Shown: positions 1 through 14,701 of the stretch, piece after piece
Layout of the letters: each line of letters starts with the position of its first letter
Numbering within the stretch: the first letter of the stretch is position 1
NCBI RefSeq assembly: GCF_006345805.1
Contig: NC_042997.1
Location: forward strand, 46,190,001 to 46,254,000
Length of the DNA: 64,000 nucleotides
Direction: 5' to 3'
Origin: Octopus sinensis
Lineage: Eukaryota
Made by a program: the position numbers and the translations under genes
The notes under the pieces: model-generated
What the model was told of the DNA's origin: nothing
The model's input: the letters and a program-made list of their open reading frames with translations, nothing else
The model's database searches: none

Positions 1-51
<51 letters not shown>

Positions 52-52
52 A

Positions 53-84
<32 letters not shown>

Positions 85-236
85 GTATGTATGTATATAT
101 ATATATGTATGTATGTATATGTATATACATATACATATGTGTATGAATATATATTTATATTTATATACATATACATACATATACGCGCGCGAGGGCGCAG
201 ACACACAAAACATGCACACACAGATACACATATACG

Positions 237-269
<33 letters not shown>

Positions 270-288
270 TCACACACACACACACACA
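1..288. repeat. Compound microsatellite (CT)n-(TA)n-(TACA)n-(CA)n
   Basis: Directly visible; accounts for ORFs 67..285, 83..307 and 91..291. Confidence 0.97.
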
Positions 289-920
289 TGACGATGTATC
301 TCTGTAAGCACTTCCGAATAAGGTTTTCCAGTTTGCTTAGATCAAGTGAATTTTCTACTCATTTAATTAGTATGTAAACTTAAATTAATCTTGTGACAGT
401 TTCCCGCATGATATAGTGTGTTCGGATGTTGGACCTTTGAATTATGATTGCAAGCCATCCGCTGGGCTGTCACACAGATTCCTTTTATTCCATTTCATTC
501 TTATACTGTTATATGCAATGCATGATTTAATACATCGTAACTAATATTTTGAAGGGGAAAAGATAAACTCAGCTGACTTTACTAGATCAGTGACCTTCAG
601 CAAAGTCATGCTAACTCACAAGCATTTGCAGCCGCTTTGGATATTGTTCCTAAGACTTGCAACATTTAAACAGTAAAATTTGTAATCACCAACGCAATTC
701 CAGTAATTTAAACTCGTGGTGTACACTGATGTTGAGCTATCACAGGGGAGATAATCCTTTCTACGTTCAATTACGTTGAGGCGATTTTGGGAGGTTTGAA
801 TTTTAAATTAAAGATCCGGTAATTTTCTAAGTTTAAAAAAATCGGAGTATTTTGTGCCATGATGCTACATCCATAAACCATTAAGATGCAGAATCCAGTT
901 TAATCCAGTATCATACAAAG

Positions 921-1100
921 GCAGCGAAACTGCAAAATTGTTACAATGCCTAACAAAATGCTTGGCGGCATTTCGCCTCTTTTATGTTCTTAATCTAAAA
1001 TCCGCCGAGGTCGACTTTGCTTTTATCTTTTCGGAGCCAATTAAGTAAGCACCATTAATATCGATGCAACCCACTTACCTAAAATTTCAGCCGTGTGCCT
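921..1100 (+). mobile_element. Degenerate SINE family A copy
   Basis: aaatgcttggcggcatttcg...aaatccgccgaggtcgactttgc matches the better-preserved copies at 14702 and 42472. Confidence 0.75.
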
Positions 1101-1124
1101 TTAAGGCAGAATCTTTGTTTAAGG

Positions 1125-1612
1125 ACGCCACATAATCCCTCATAATTTTTTGAGGTATTGGAATTTTCAGAAAATTTTTGCGAATTTGTGTTCTAAAAAG
1201 GGTAATTCATGTGATTATGTAAAAATTCTCCGTGATTTAAGGGTGATTTATCTGTAATGTTTAGCACGTCTCACAACTACCTGACACATTTCTCGTTTCT
1301 TTGGCATTCTGACATACACTGATGTTTTTCAATATATTTCTCCCTAGAGACACTTTTAGTGCAATGATGATGTACCCAAGGGTGATCTATCGCTGAGATT
1401 TATGCAAAAACTTCGTACTGTACGTATTTGAAACTCTGATTTAAAAGGATATTTGTTAAAAAAAGTGGAACTTTTGTGATTTATGGGAGGTGACGGATTC
1501 TAAAATGTGTTTTTTTTATAACCGTGTGAATTCCCGTATGTACAACACAAATTCATAAAACCTTTCTGAAAAATGAAAAAGAATAAAGATAAATTATGAA
1601 TTTCACCGCCTA
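1125..1612. mobile_element. Old inverted-repeat (MITE-like) element
   Basis: About 1135-1240 (cataattt...ttttcagaaa...gaatttgtgtt...aattca) is an imperfect reverse complement of about 1510-1605. Termini and TSD are not resolved. Confidence 0.45.
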
Positions 1613-2055
1613 TATAACAAATGATTATTTTATCATACACTCCCATATTGTAATCTTGTCTTAAGATATATTTGTTCTACAATACTCCAAATGTTTTTAT
1701 TCTACTTTCTCACAAAATCTTATTTTTCAGCGCCTAACTTTCTTTTTTCTTCTGCACTAAGTAGAAACAGCAAATTTCGCTGATTCTGATTTCGCTGTAT
1801 AAATTTTGTGAAGCTGAAGAAAACTATAGAAATCAATTAAGACATCTCTTTTATTTTTTTCAATACATCTTTCTTGATCTCTTTGTAAAACCTCAGAGTC
1901 ACGGCACACAGCAGGAGACTATTCTTACTTTCTATATATCCGTATGAAATGGTGCGAATATGGGGAAAGTCACTCGTCTTATGTCACCTGAATATTGATT
2001 CTCATTTTTTCGTCTGACGTGAATGTACTAGTGATGGTGGGTTAACTTGCATATT

Positions 2056-2086
2056 GACTGACTATCTATCTATCTATGTATCTATG

Positions 2087-2182
<96 letters not shown>

Positions 2183-2387
2183 CATCCATCCATCCATCCA
2201 TGTATGTATGTATGTATGTATGTATATATGTATGTATCTATCTATCTATCTATCTACCTACCTACCTACCTACCTACCTACATACATACATACATACCTT
2301 CCTACTTATCTATCTATCTATCTATCTATCTATACATACATACATACAGCATACATACATACATACATACATACATACATACATACA

Positions 2388-2420
<33 letters not shown>

Positions 2421-2432
2421 CCATACATATAT
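2056..2432. repeat. Compound tetranucleotide microsatellite TATC/TCCA/TGTA/TACC/TACA
   Basis: Directly visible. Confidence 0.97.
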
Positions 2433-2902
2433 ATCATTAAAAACCGAGAGAGAAGGTGGAGATAAGATTGATAAAAGATTATTAATACATTGACGGGACC
2501 AGACCTACAATTGTTTCAGTTCATCGGTTGCAGCATAAAATCAACCAAATTTAATTTAACTAAATCAATTTAGTTAATTACTACAATTGAGAACATCGTC
2601 AGGGAAGGACATACGAAGGAATTTAAAATGCTTAAAACATAATGAAAACATTAAGAAAGAAGAATGCAGTGTACCATTAAAGTTTAAAATATATACATGA
2701 ATAAAAATAGATACATGAATAAAAATAGATATATTTATAAAAAAATAGTTATAGTCATAAATTTAGATAAATAATAATAATGATAATAAAGATAATACAG
2801 ACATACCCATTCAAAAATAGGAGTATCACCATCATTTATGGGTAGCTGGGTGCATTATGAAACCTATAGGCAGAATGTTGTCGCCACTAATCGTAGCTGT
2901 AT

Positions 2903-3577
2903 GCTCATTCCACTCGCAAATTGCTATATATTTTTCTCGTAGAAGAGAGAGAATGTTATATTAAATCTCCGAGCGAGATATAAACAGTAGCCGTACGGAA
3001 TTGTAACATATTTGCCAACTGAATGTGGTGTCCTATACAGGACAGTGCTACTGATGTCTATAGCCCCAGGTAGACATCTCCAACTAGCTAACGACACACA
3101 TTCTGTGTCCGATTAGTATTTGCGAGGGGAGATAATCGCTCCCATCTCTAGGCATACGTGATACGCACGTCCTTAACGTGTGTTATATCACGCTCAAAGG
3201 TTTAATATAACATTCTTTCTCTTCTACGAGATCAGCGTCAGCGACTCGCTAGAAAAATATATAGAAATTTGCGAGTGGAATGAGCTTCCATCACCAGGTG
3301 GTAATTAACACCCGCTGAGGACGGGTACCCACCCAGAAATTCTAGTCCGTGTGCATCACGTAAGGTTAGAGATGGGAGCGATTACCTCCCCTAGCAAATA
3401 CTAATTGGACACAAAATGTGTGTCGTTAGCCAGCTGGAGGAGATGTCTTCCTGGGGCTATAACCATCAATAGCACTGACCTGTAGAGGACGTCACGCTTA
3501 GTTGGCAAATATGCTACGTTCTGTACCGCTACTGTTTATATCTCGCTCAGTGATTTAATATAATATACTCTCTCTCA

Positions 3578-3580
<3 letters not shown>
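2903..3580. mobile_element. Non-coding ~353-nt repeat unit in inverted plus partial-tandem arrangement (Penelope pseudo-LTR / retrozyme-like)
   Basis: 2944-3172 is the reverse complement of about 3345-3576. 2936-2965 matches 3201-3230 inverted at 29/30, and 2903-2937 matches 3251-3285 inverted at 34/35. On the plus strand tttaatataa recurs at 3201 and 3554 (period 353). A hammerhead-like core lies at 3309-3353. Confidence 0.65.
3309..3353 (+). ncRNA. Type I (minimal) hammerhead ribozyme-like motif
   Basis: cacccg CTGAGGA c GGGT-accc-ACCC a GAAA ttcta GTC cgtgtg. Stem I pairs 5/6, the core is CUGANGA, stem II is 4 bp with a tetraloop, followed by GAAA, a very short stem III and a GUC triplet (cleavage would follow 3347). 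An extra C/A flanks stem II. Confidence 0.55.
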
Positions 3581-3636
<56 letters not shown>

Positions 3637-3640
<4 letters not shown>

Positions 3641-4882
3641 CATGACAGAAATAAATAGAATGCCCGTAAAACACCGCATTTTGTTTTTTCTAACTTGTAA
3701 ATGTTTATATTTTTTTATTAATTGACATTTTTATATTTCAGGTTCTATACGTGATTGTTTGGTTGTGCCACATACAAGAGAAACCTTGGAACTTTCTGAA
3801 TTTCAAAGAGGCCGTATTTTGGGTCATTCTGAAGATAGACTTAGCGTAAAATTGGAGAAAACTTTGGGATCCTGATGTCTACGATTAATAGAGTGATTGT
3901 GCACTTCACCAGAGAGGGGAAAGTGTTCACATCACCTTGCCCAGATAGATCAGGACTTTCTGATAGGACCCTTCTCTTTGTTAAGAGAAGTGTGGAGGGT
4001 AATCCTCGTTGCAAGACCTCTGACCTAGCAGAGCAAGTTGGTATGAATCCCAGAACAGCTGTCAGATATCTCCACAAATTTGGTTACTATAGCAGAGCAG
4101 CAAAAAAGAAGCCACGCCTTTCACCAGCCAATATCAAGTGGAGAAAAGATTGGGTCAGTGAGATGGTGGAGAGATCACTAATATTTGAGGACTTTGTCAT
4201 ATTCTCCAATGAGTCAAAATTTGCTGTAGTTTCTGACAGTGGTCGAGTGTGGGTCTGGGGACTCTGTGATCAAGAATTGATGTGAAAAGATTGCAGCCAA
4301 CGATGAAATATGGCAGGTATTCTGTAATAGTGTGGGGAGCAATTTGGAGCAATGGTCAATCAGAGCTGGTGGAGTGTGAGGAAAATATAAACTCAGATAA
4401 ATATATGTGCATATTGAAGAAAGGACTCCTTCCAATCTTCTCAAGTGATGAAATGTTTAAAGAAGACTCTTTATTTATGGAAGATGGGGCTCCTTGTCTC
4501 ACGGCCAAGATTTGTTGGAAGAGAATGGCATTAAAAAGCTTCCATGGTTAAGCCAGTAACCAGATATAAAGTCTATTGAACATTTCTGGGGCATACTGGA
4601 CAGGATACTTCATAAAAAAAAACCCAAAAAACAAGAAAGCATTTTCAAAGCCAGATCTTTTGAGATTACTGCATGAAACTAGGCAAGAAATTCCGCAAGA
4701 GAATATTCGTCATATGATCCTTAACAGGCCTAATAGGATTCTTGCATTGAAAATGCAAAGGCATGTCTACTAAATATTAAATATTCACATTATAACAATT
4801 AATAATTAATTTGAATGTACAATTTCAGAATTAAAAAAATGTTAATGATTATAAGGGTGACTATTCACTTCTGTCATATGTG
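3637..4882 (+). mobile_element. Tc1-like DNA transposon, near full length, decayed
   Basis: Imperfect TIRs cagacatgacagaaataaatag (3637-3658) and ctattcacttctgtcatatgtg (4861-4882, inverted), with TA 5' of the left TIR and a transposase inside. Confidence 0.9.
3770..4773 (+). pseudogene. Tc1 (DD34E-type) transposase pseudogene, frameshifted
   Basis: ELSEFQRGRILG..., AKKKPRLS...VIFSNESKF (D->N), TMKYGRYSVIVWGAI, FMEDGAPC and PDIKSIEHFWG motifs across ORFs 3875..4285, 4282..4551 and 4576..4773. Confidence 0.9.
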
Positions 4883-5996
4883 TGTGTGCATGTATATATA
4901 TATAATTATTATTACCAACCAGTAAAATGACCACATAATAGTTTATTCGTTGATCTGTGAATCTATATACGAGGAAAAAGATATGCAGCTTTGACATATA
5001 GTACGTCGGATAATGGGTGACGTCTTCGTACGTTTTAGTATACGCGATCGATAAACCAATAAATTTAATTTTACGCTTCCCGTCTGATGATGGCTACCTG
5101 CATAGCTAAATGACAATAAATATTTCTCCTTCAGTCAGTATAGAAAATGTATGGTACCCTGTTTCTAAACTAATCATACGAGTTGTTTGAGTATATGGTC
5201 TAATCAACATTAAATTAAATTTCCAGTCTTGTATTTCTATTCATTCTTCAAACAATATTACATATTAGTTAAACGCTGAACGTTAATCATTTTCATATAA
5301 TTCATCACACACACAGACACACACACACTCATGCATACATTTACTAATATACAGACATCAGAAGCACCAACAAAAACCACAGCAATAATTATAGTAATAA
5401 TACTAACTACAACAACAATGACAATCTTTTGATTATTAAGCTCGGAGAGATACAGAAATATACGATGAACATTAAACGAGGGCCTTATAAAGCTGTTTGC
5501 TGTTTTCAACAAAGTTATAGCAAAAAAAAAAAAAAAAAAAAGAAGAGACCTGAATGGCGTCACACAATTAAAATGGCGACGAACTAAAAATAATTTCACT
5601 GAAATAAATTAAATAAATAAAACCTAAAATTAAAAAAAAGATATAGAAAATAGGACATGAAAAACATTTCGGCTTCCTGAAAACACAGTAATGAGAAATT
5701 ACGGGTTAGTTTAAAGCAAGATTTATTATATTATACCCTGAAGATATTTGTATGAGTAGTACTAGAATAGATATCGAGTTGTCACGTCTTCCAGCGCTGA
5801 TTTGTGAAGACGGTATAAAGCGATAAAGCGTGGTTTTTAAATTTTGGTACAAGTGAATCATTCAGTAAATGCATGTGTGAATGTATACATGCGGATATAG
5901 ATACATACATACATACATACATATATACACACACACACATCCATCCATCCATCCACATCCATCCATCCATCCATACATACTTACATTCATACATAC

Positions 5997-6030
<34 letters not shown>

Positions 6031-6360
6031 ATGTACGAATGATTGGTTCTCCCTTGGTTTTGGTGATAAAGATTTCGTTGTGTGATCAAGTGAATTATCT
6101 GATTCCCTCTTCGTTGAATTAACGTGTAATTCCATTAGCACTTGTAGACTTAACACAATTCCCCGACAGAATCACCTTAATACATAGTATGTGATAATGT
6201 ACCGTTGAATCAAAAGCATGATCCGTCCAATAGCATTGAATAAATTTTCCGTCTAGTACAATTCACCTTCAAATTTTTGCTAGTCCTTAGAATATATAGA
6301 ATATTATACGTGCACGCACATGCACACGCACACGCACACACACACACACAATCACACACA

Positions 6361-6411
<51 letters not shown>

Positions 6412-6854
6412 GCAAGCGCGCGCGCACACACACACGCACACACACAAACACACACGTAACTATTTCGAATTGTAGAATGGGACCAGCTCCAGATTAAAAG
6501 CATTATACGACATACTTCACGTATCTATTCATTGAGGATTCAGAGGCTGCAGTGCTCATCTCAGGAAACATCCCGTAACAGACGAGTTTTTTTTTGTTTT
6601 AACACATTACATTTATAAAGAGATGTTTCCTCAAGGCGCCCACATAGATTTGATCTCTATAAGCAAATCATTGGTACGGGTTGTTCAGCGTGAAATTGCA
6701 GAGCTGTCATTCTAGGACAATGGGACACTACTATCATTCATTGAAAGATTAATATACATACATGTATACATACGTACATACATGCATGCATACATACATG
6801 CATGCATACATACATACAAACATACGTACATGCATACATACAAACAAATATACC

Positions 6855-6950
6855 TCGTTGTTGAAATTCCAATGAAGGAGCCTTGGATCTAGGTTAGAAA
6901 CCGGTTCTTTCCCTGTTGGCAAGAAACCTTGAAATAAACTGAATAATGAC
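6855..6950. repeat. Short dispersed repeat flanked by (TACA)n (second copy at 23480-23580)
   Basis: gttgaaattccaatgaaggagccttggatctaggttagaaacc is shared by both loci. Confidence 0.8.
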
Positions 6951-7517
6951 ATACATACATACATACATACATACATACATACATACATACATACATACAT
7001 ACATGTATATTATATTAAAGATTAATAAAGAAGGCGGAATGTAACAAAAAAAAATAATAACTTAGTACCACAACAATTGTTTCATCTTCAAGGTGCATTG
7101 GTCCCTTGTGGTCATGGAACGATGAAATAATACCAGATGCAACACACAGTGCACAGAAGACTCCTCAGGTGGGATAATATGGTTTTCAACTGGGAGATTT
7201 ACAATGCAGTTTCGCTGTATTGAGAGATGTTATCGGTGAGACAGAATCACAGACAAACTGTGAAGCAAATTCATACGTTTAATTCAGTGCAAAGACAGAC
7301 AGACGCGCACATTAATAAGTTTATTCATGGGCACATGCCAGTATAAGGTATATGTATGTGTGTCAGACAGTTACATACGCAGGCAGGTATACACATATAT
7401 ACATACGTACTTACACACATACATATATCCTTCGGGGCACTGACATCCATTTACTCATATACATATTTTCATCATATCAACAGTCCTCATGGAGCATATG
7501 CACGTACGCACACTGAT

Positions 7518-7565
<48 letters not shown>

Positions 7566-7898
7566 ACATAAATACATACACAGACACACACATACACTCA
7601 TATTTTCAGGCGATGCTCACAGACACACGTTTACTCACACGCACTATTACACCTATGTCTTAGGATATATACATCTAAAATTATATTGATACCTGTAGTC
7701 TCATACATTTGTCCAAGGGTATATAGACAGATATAACAATTTGTGGAACGATTGCATAAAGTTCACTGATCAATGTGGACTATGGCAGTGCGGTGCTATG
7801 TTTACAAGGTGGTAATATTTAAGGTGGCTTTCATAGCGTATATATACTTATACTTATACCATTACACATACAAACTCATATATATATATTATATATAC

Positions 7899-8008
<110 letters not shown>

Positions 8009-8213
8009 ACATATATCTAAATGTATATATTTAAATGTTGAAGTGAATCTAACGGTTTTTGTGTAATTCTTAAATGGCTTATAAACACCTTCTAACCCTG
8101 CAATTGTTTTCGTTCCAGCACACGATCTCAGATCAAGTCACTCGCTATGCAAGTACATCTCCGTATATGTATATATATATATTATATATATAAATAATAT
8201 ATATATATATTAT

Positions 8214-8278
<65 letters not shown>

Positions 8279-9963
8279 TAGGTATACATATAGGTGAGTA
8301 TATACATACACACGCATATACCGTGTCTGGAAAGACAATAGAATTTTTGATATTCTCTTATGATTAAACAATTTACGGTCAGTTTGCAATACAGTTATGT
8401 CTAGAAGACTGCCCCAATGATCACCGTCCACTCCTATATCTATGATAAAACTAAAAATACTTAACTTTAGTAACTGAAGTTTTAAGACACAACAATCACA
8501 ATAATATAAGACCAACTGCAAGTATATCTCTGAAATACCATGAATATTTATCCGTATCCATCTCCAAAACGCTGGATTAATTACATTGGTATTTTTAGAA
8601 AGTAAACAGATTTTTCTCCGATCTTAGACATATTGCTTTAATCATAAGCCTGATTGTGCATACAACAAAGTTTTTGTTGCAGCAACAAAGATGCTTTTTG
8701 CTTTGAAATCTGTTATCGAATATTTTCATCAAGCAGTGGAACGTGTTAATCAGATACCGAAGATACACTAGTAACATTTGTTTCTGATGAATACATTCCA
8801 CAATGGGAAAGAATATTTTAGAAAACTATTATCCACAATGACTTTCTACTGCGTTTCTCTCACTATGTTATTTCGGTAATAAGGGTGATTATGAAGTTAA
8901 ACACGAAACACTACTAAATTAAAGAAATAGAGGGGGTTTTATATGGTAAGCATTGCTTTATAGATCCCAGTATAACATTTCTAGATTTCCCGTGAAATGC
9001 TTTCCGTCGGAGTGTTTCTTGACTAATTTCTACTCAAATATCATACGCTTAGAGCAGCTGCCTCTTCCAGATGTTTCTTATTTAAATATAATTTATACAA
9101 TAAAGCTACAGGCGAAAACAGTTTTACTGGCACTTCTACTCCTCAATCAGATAAGAAATTAAGGAAGCCACAATGCTTAGAGCTTTTCTAAATCTGCATT
9201 ACAGTTGCTTGGCGATTATAAAACTGTCACCATGGCGATAATGGAGAGTGACGCAGACTGAGATTTCGACAAGTTTATTCTTCTACTTGTTTTGATTCTC
9301 CTTCGTAGATAATTCGCTTCACTTATATTACAAATGTCCTTGAAAAGGGAGATGTACATCACAATTTCAAATTCTTCTTCTAAACGTTTTGGAAATTATG
9401 CCTTTAGGGTGTAAGCAATTCAAAAGCTGTACCACTGTGCAAACAAGCTTAATGCAGAGGAAATTATCACTACAGCTATAAAGTAAAGCAACTGCAATTC
9501 CATAGACTTTCGATCTCATCTAGTTATTTCTCTTGTATCATGACATCCTCAACAAAATCAGTTCTCACACTGCTTTAATACATCTAATTGCTAATAAACC
9601 TTTTCATCTTTCTTTTGAGTAATTTTATTTGACACTATATACTGACTCATTGAATCATTCACTCGCATTTCGTCTCTTACATCAATGACAAAATACTCTT
9701 TCTTCAGTTAATTCCGGAGTCTCGTGGAAAATGACAAATTAAAAGAACTCTACACCTCCTTTAAGATTCTTGTGAGGTAAATATGTCTTGAACCGAAGAC
9801 ACGACTATGGACATGAAGCAGATTAACAATAATTTGACGGTAATTTTACAAATGGTAACTAAAGTAGATAGAGATTTTATTTAATAGCACATCAGTAGAA
9901 TATGGAAGAGACAATGTCGAACATTGAAGAAGATAAATACAACTACTGCTTTATCACTATAGC

Positions 9964-9994
<31 letters not shown>

Positions 9995-10621
9995 TTAGGA
10001 AGAACGGAGATAAAGCGACAGATAACGTAGTGAACACATGAAAGAAAATTTTGGGAAAAGAATCAACTTTAAAGAATGAGACAGAAAAGATAGAAGAGAG
10101 AGAGAAAGAGAGAGCTACAGAGAGAGAGAGAAAGAAAGAGAGAGAGAGGGATAGAGAAATGTGATGAAAAGACGAAAAGAGAGAGACAGATTAAGAAATA
10201 GAAATAAGAAGGAAATGAGAAATTGGGTGGGGTATAAGACGATGACAATAGAAAAGTCTTTGTTGTCTTGGATTTCAAAGTCCTGGCTGAATACTTTAAT
10301 AACCTTATAACGATGTAAGCAGCAAAATTAGAATGTAATTCTAGACCGGATGATTTGGCAGAGATGAAGACATTTCAAAAGAAAATAAAAGAAAAAGAAA
10401 GAAAAGAGTAATTTGAAGCAAGAGTAGAAAGGAATGAAAGTGTAAGAATTTGAACCGCTATATATTCTAAATTAGGTAAAAAGATCTGATAAATAATTAT
10501 AAATTTTTGTCTAGATACAGTGTGTGTCGTCATATAGAATTGGCATCATTCCTTAAGACATCTTCAAAGAGATTCTGTTATAATGCGATGAACACATCAT
10601 ACAAAACCCGCACAGCCTGCT

Positions 10622-10660
<39 letters not shown>

Positions 10661-10691
10661 TGTATGTATGTATGTATAATATATATATAAT

Positions 10692-10765
<74 letters not shown>

Positions 10766-11174
10766 TATACATATATATATATAAATATATATGTATGTAT
10801 ACTTACATAATTCTTTATTTACATGTATTGTATTCATATATATATGCACACATATATGTATATACGTAAGGATTTATTTCCCTGCATATTTAAATACATT
10901 GTCCTGATTACGATGCAAATTTGTCTAGTTTTATCATCAATATCCGCTATAATTTTTACATCCATTCATGTATGGAACTCACTAATATATGTGTCGGTAT
11001 ATGTGTGCGTGTGTATGTGCAGCTATGTGCACATATATAACAGCCATATACACGCACATTTGCATGCACATAAAAGCATGCACATACACACACTGCTCCA
11101 TATTCAAATACAAATATTTGTGAACGTCATTAATATAAAGATCTATATATATTAATGCATACGCAGATATGGTC

Positions 11175-11241
<67 letters not shown>

Positions 11242-11666
11242 TTGTGTGTGTGTATTTGCATGTATTTATCGATATGTATGCCTGTAGAGATTTTTTGTAG
11301 AAAGGTTTGGCATTACTGCTGTGACTACCAATCCCATATATGTATAGAAAGCGAAAGAGAGATGGGGGAACAGAGATGGGGGAAGAGAGAGGGGGTGAAC
11401 AGAAAGAGAGAGAAAGAGAGAGAGACAGAGAGGAAAATTTAAATGACTATCTCGTACCAGTTTCCTCCTATATATCTCTCACTCTTTTTCTCGATATATA
11501 TATATATACATACATGCATACATATATACATATATTTAAAAATATATATATATACATACATACATATATATACATGCTTATATATATACATACGTACATA
11601 TATATATATATATATCTATACGTCTACACACACGCACACACACACACACACACACACCACACACAC

Positions 11667-11704
<38 letters not shown>

Positions 11705-12108
11705 CATGCATGTATATGTACGTATGCGTTTTATCAGTCATCCATACACAATTGAACGTAGTTTCTTCATCTTTAATATTTCTATCATCTTCCATTTCTT
11801 TCATAATAATAATAATAATGTTAATAATAACAATAATAATTTTTATTATCGATATCATTTTTATTATTGTTGTTGTTCTTGCTGCTATGGCTCCTGCTTC
11901 TGTTATTACTTTTCTTTTCGTCTTTTTTTTCCTTTTTCTGTTAGTTAACTAACAACAGTAATACCAAAAGAAACAAGGCATCTGTAATAAGTTAATTTCA
12001 CTCTTTTCTGCTGACAAGAAGAGCTGTTGTTTGCTTTCTGGTATATACACACCCAATATTCGCGCTCATGCACGCACAAATTACAATGGAAACGTGTTCC
12101 ATGCGAGG

Positions 12109-12140
<32 letters not shown>

Positions 12141-12445
12141 GTGAGAGAGAGAGAGCGAGGGGATGAGAGAGAGAGAGAGAGAGAGAGATTTCTGGTGGCG
12201 TTAGCTTGCATACATGTGTGTGTTTGCGCGGATTTGTGTGTTTGTGTATATGTATGTACCTGCTTGTGTACCTGTGTGTGTGTGTGTGTGTGTGTGAGCG
12301 TGTGTGTGTGAGAGAGAGAGAGAGAGCGAGGGGATGAGAGAGAGAGATTTCTGGTGGCGTTAGCTTGCATACATGTGTGTGTTTGCGCGGATTTGTGTGT
12401 TTGTGTATATGTATGTACCTGCTTGTGTACCTGTGTGTGTATGTG
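12141..12445. repeat. Tandem duplication with a ~168-bp unit
   Basis: gagcgaggggatgagag...gatttctggtggcgttagcttgcatacatg...cctgcttgtgtacctg occurs twice, differing only in SSR length. Confidence 0.92.
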
Positions 12446-12878
12446 TGTGTGTGTGGACAAAAAAGAAGGTTTAAATCAAATCGCGTTGATTCTGTGTAAA
12501 AACGTAGATAAGAAACCGAATGACAAAATAACATGCACGTGCTCTTGGAGAGGATATCTTTGTCTCTTTGCCTCCGAGCGAGCGCAGATCGATAAAATAG
12601 TTCTCTTTCTTTTTTTCTTTTTAAACGAGAGAAAGAACACAAGCATTCCCCCACTCCCTGCAACCGCCTACACTGATGCAGCGTTTCCCACATCTATCCT
12701 TTCCTTCAGTACCCGCCTGGTACCTGCCTGGAGAGAGAAGAGAGGACACTTTGAAAATAAATTGCTATTCTTATCAGTTGCCACTGGAATTACGACCATT
12801 ATCCTAATGAAAATATTAAAATACATTTTTTTCCCTCCTCTCAAAACTTACATATATTAATAACTACGTATATACGTT

Positions 12879-14345
<1,467 letters not shown>

Positions 14346-14701
14346 TGCTGCTGCCGATGGTTGTTATCTGCGGTGGTAGCTTAATAACAGTCGTAATGAC
14401 GTAGATAATGATGACGCGTATGATACCGAACCTAACTAACTAAAAAGAAAAGAAAGGACACACACACACACGTCTAGTATTAGTATTGCCGTCAGCAAAA
14501 TAAAATAAATAAATATATAAAAAATAAATAGATCAATCAATAAATAAATAAAACCCACACAGAAAGCATTTAAGTTCATCACATTAATCCACCACCATTA
14601 CAATAACGATTCAGAGTAAGGACACACATTTTCATATTTTCTTCCAGCTTCTAAAGAAGTAATACCTACAGAAGTATTATTAATACAACGAGATAATATT
14701 T

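Noticed and set aside
8776-8815. CTGATGA...GAAA as a hammerhead
   Set aside because: No convincing stem II, stem I or cleavage triplet.
9160-9760. Coding-like unique stretch
   Set aside because: Stops occur in the frames I translated and no motif was recognised.
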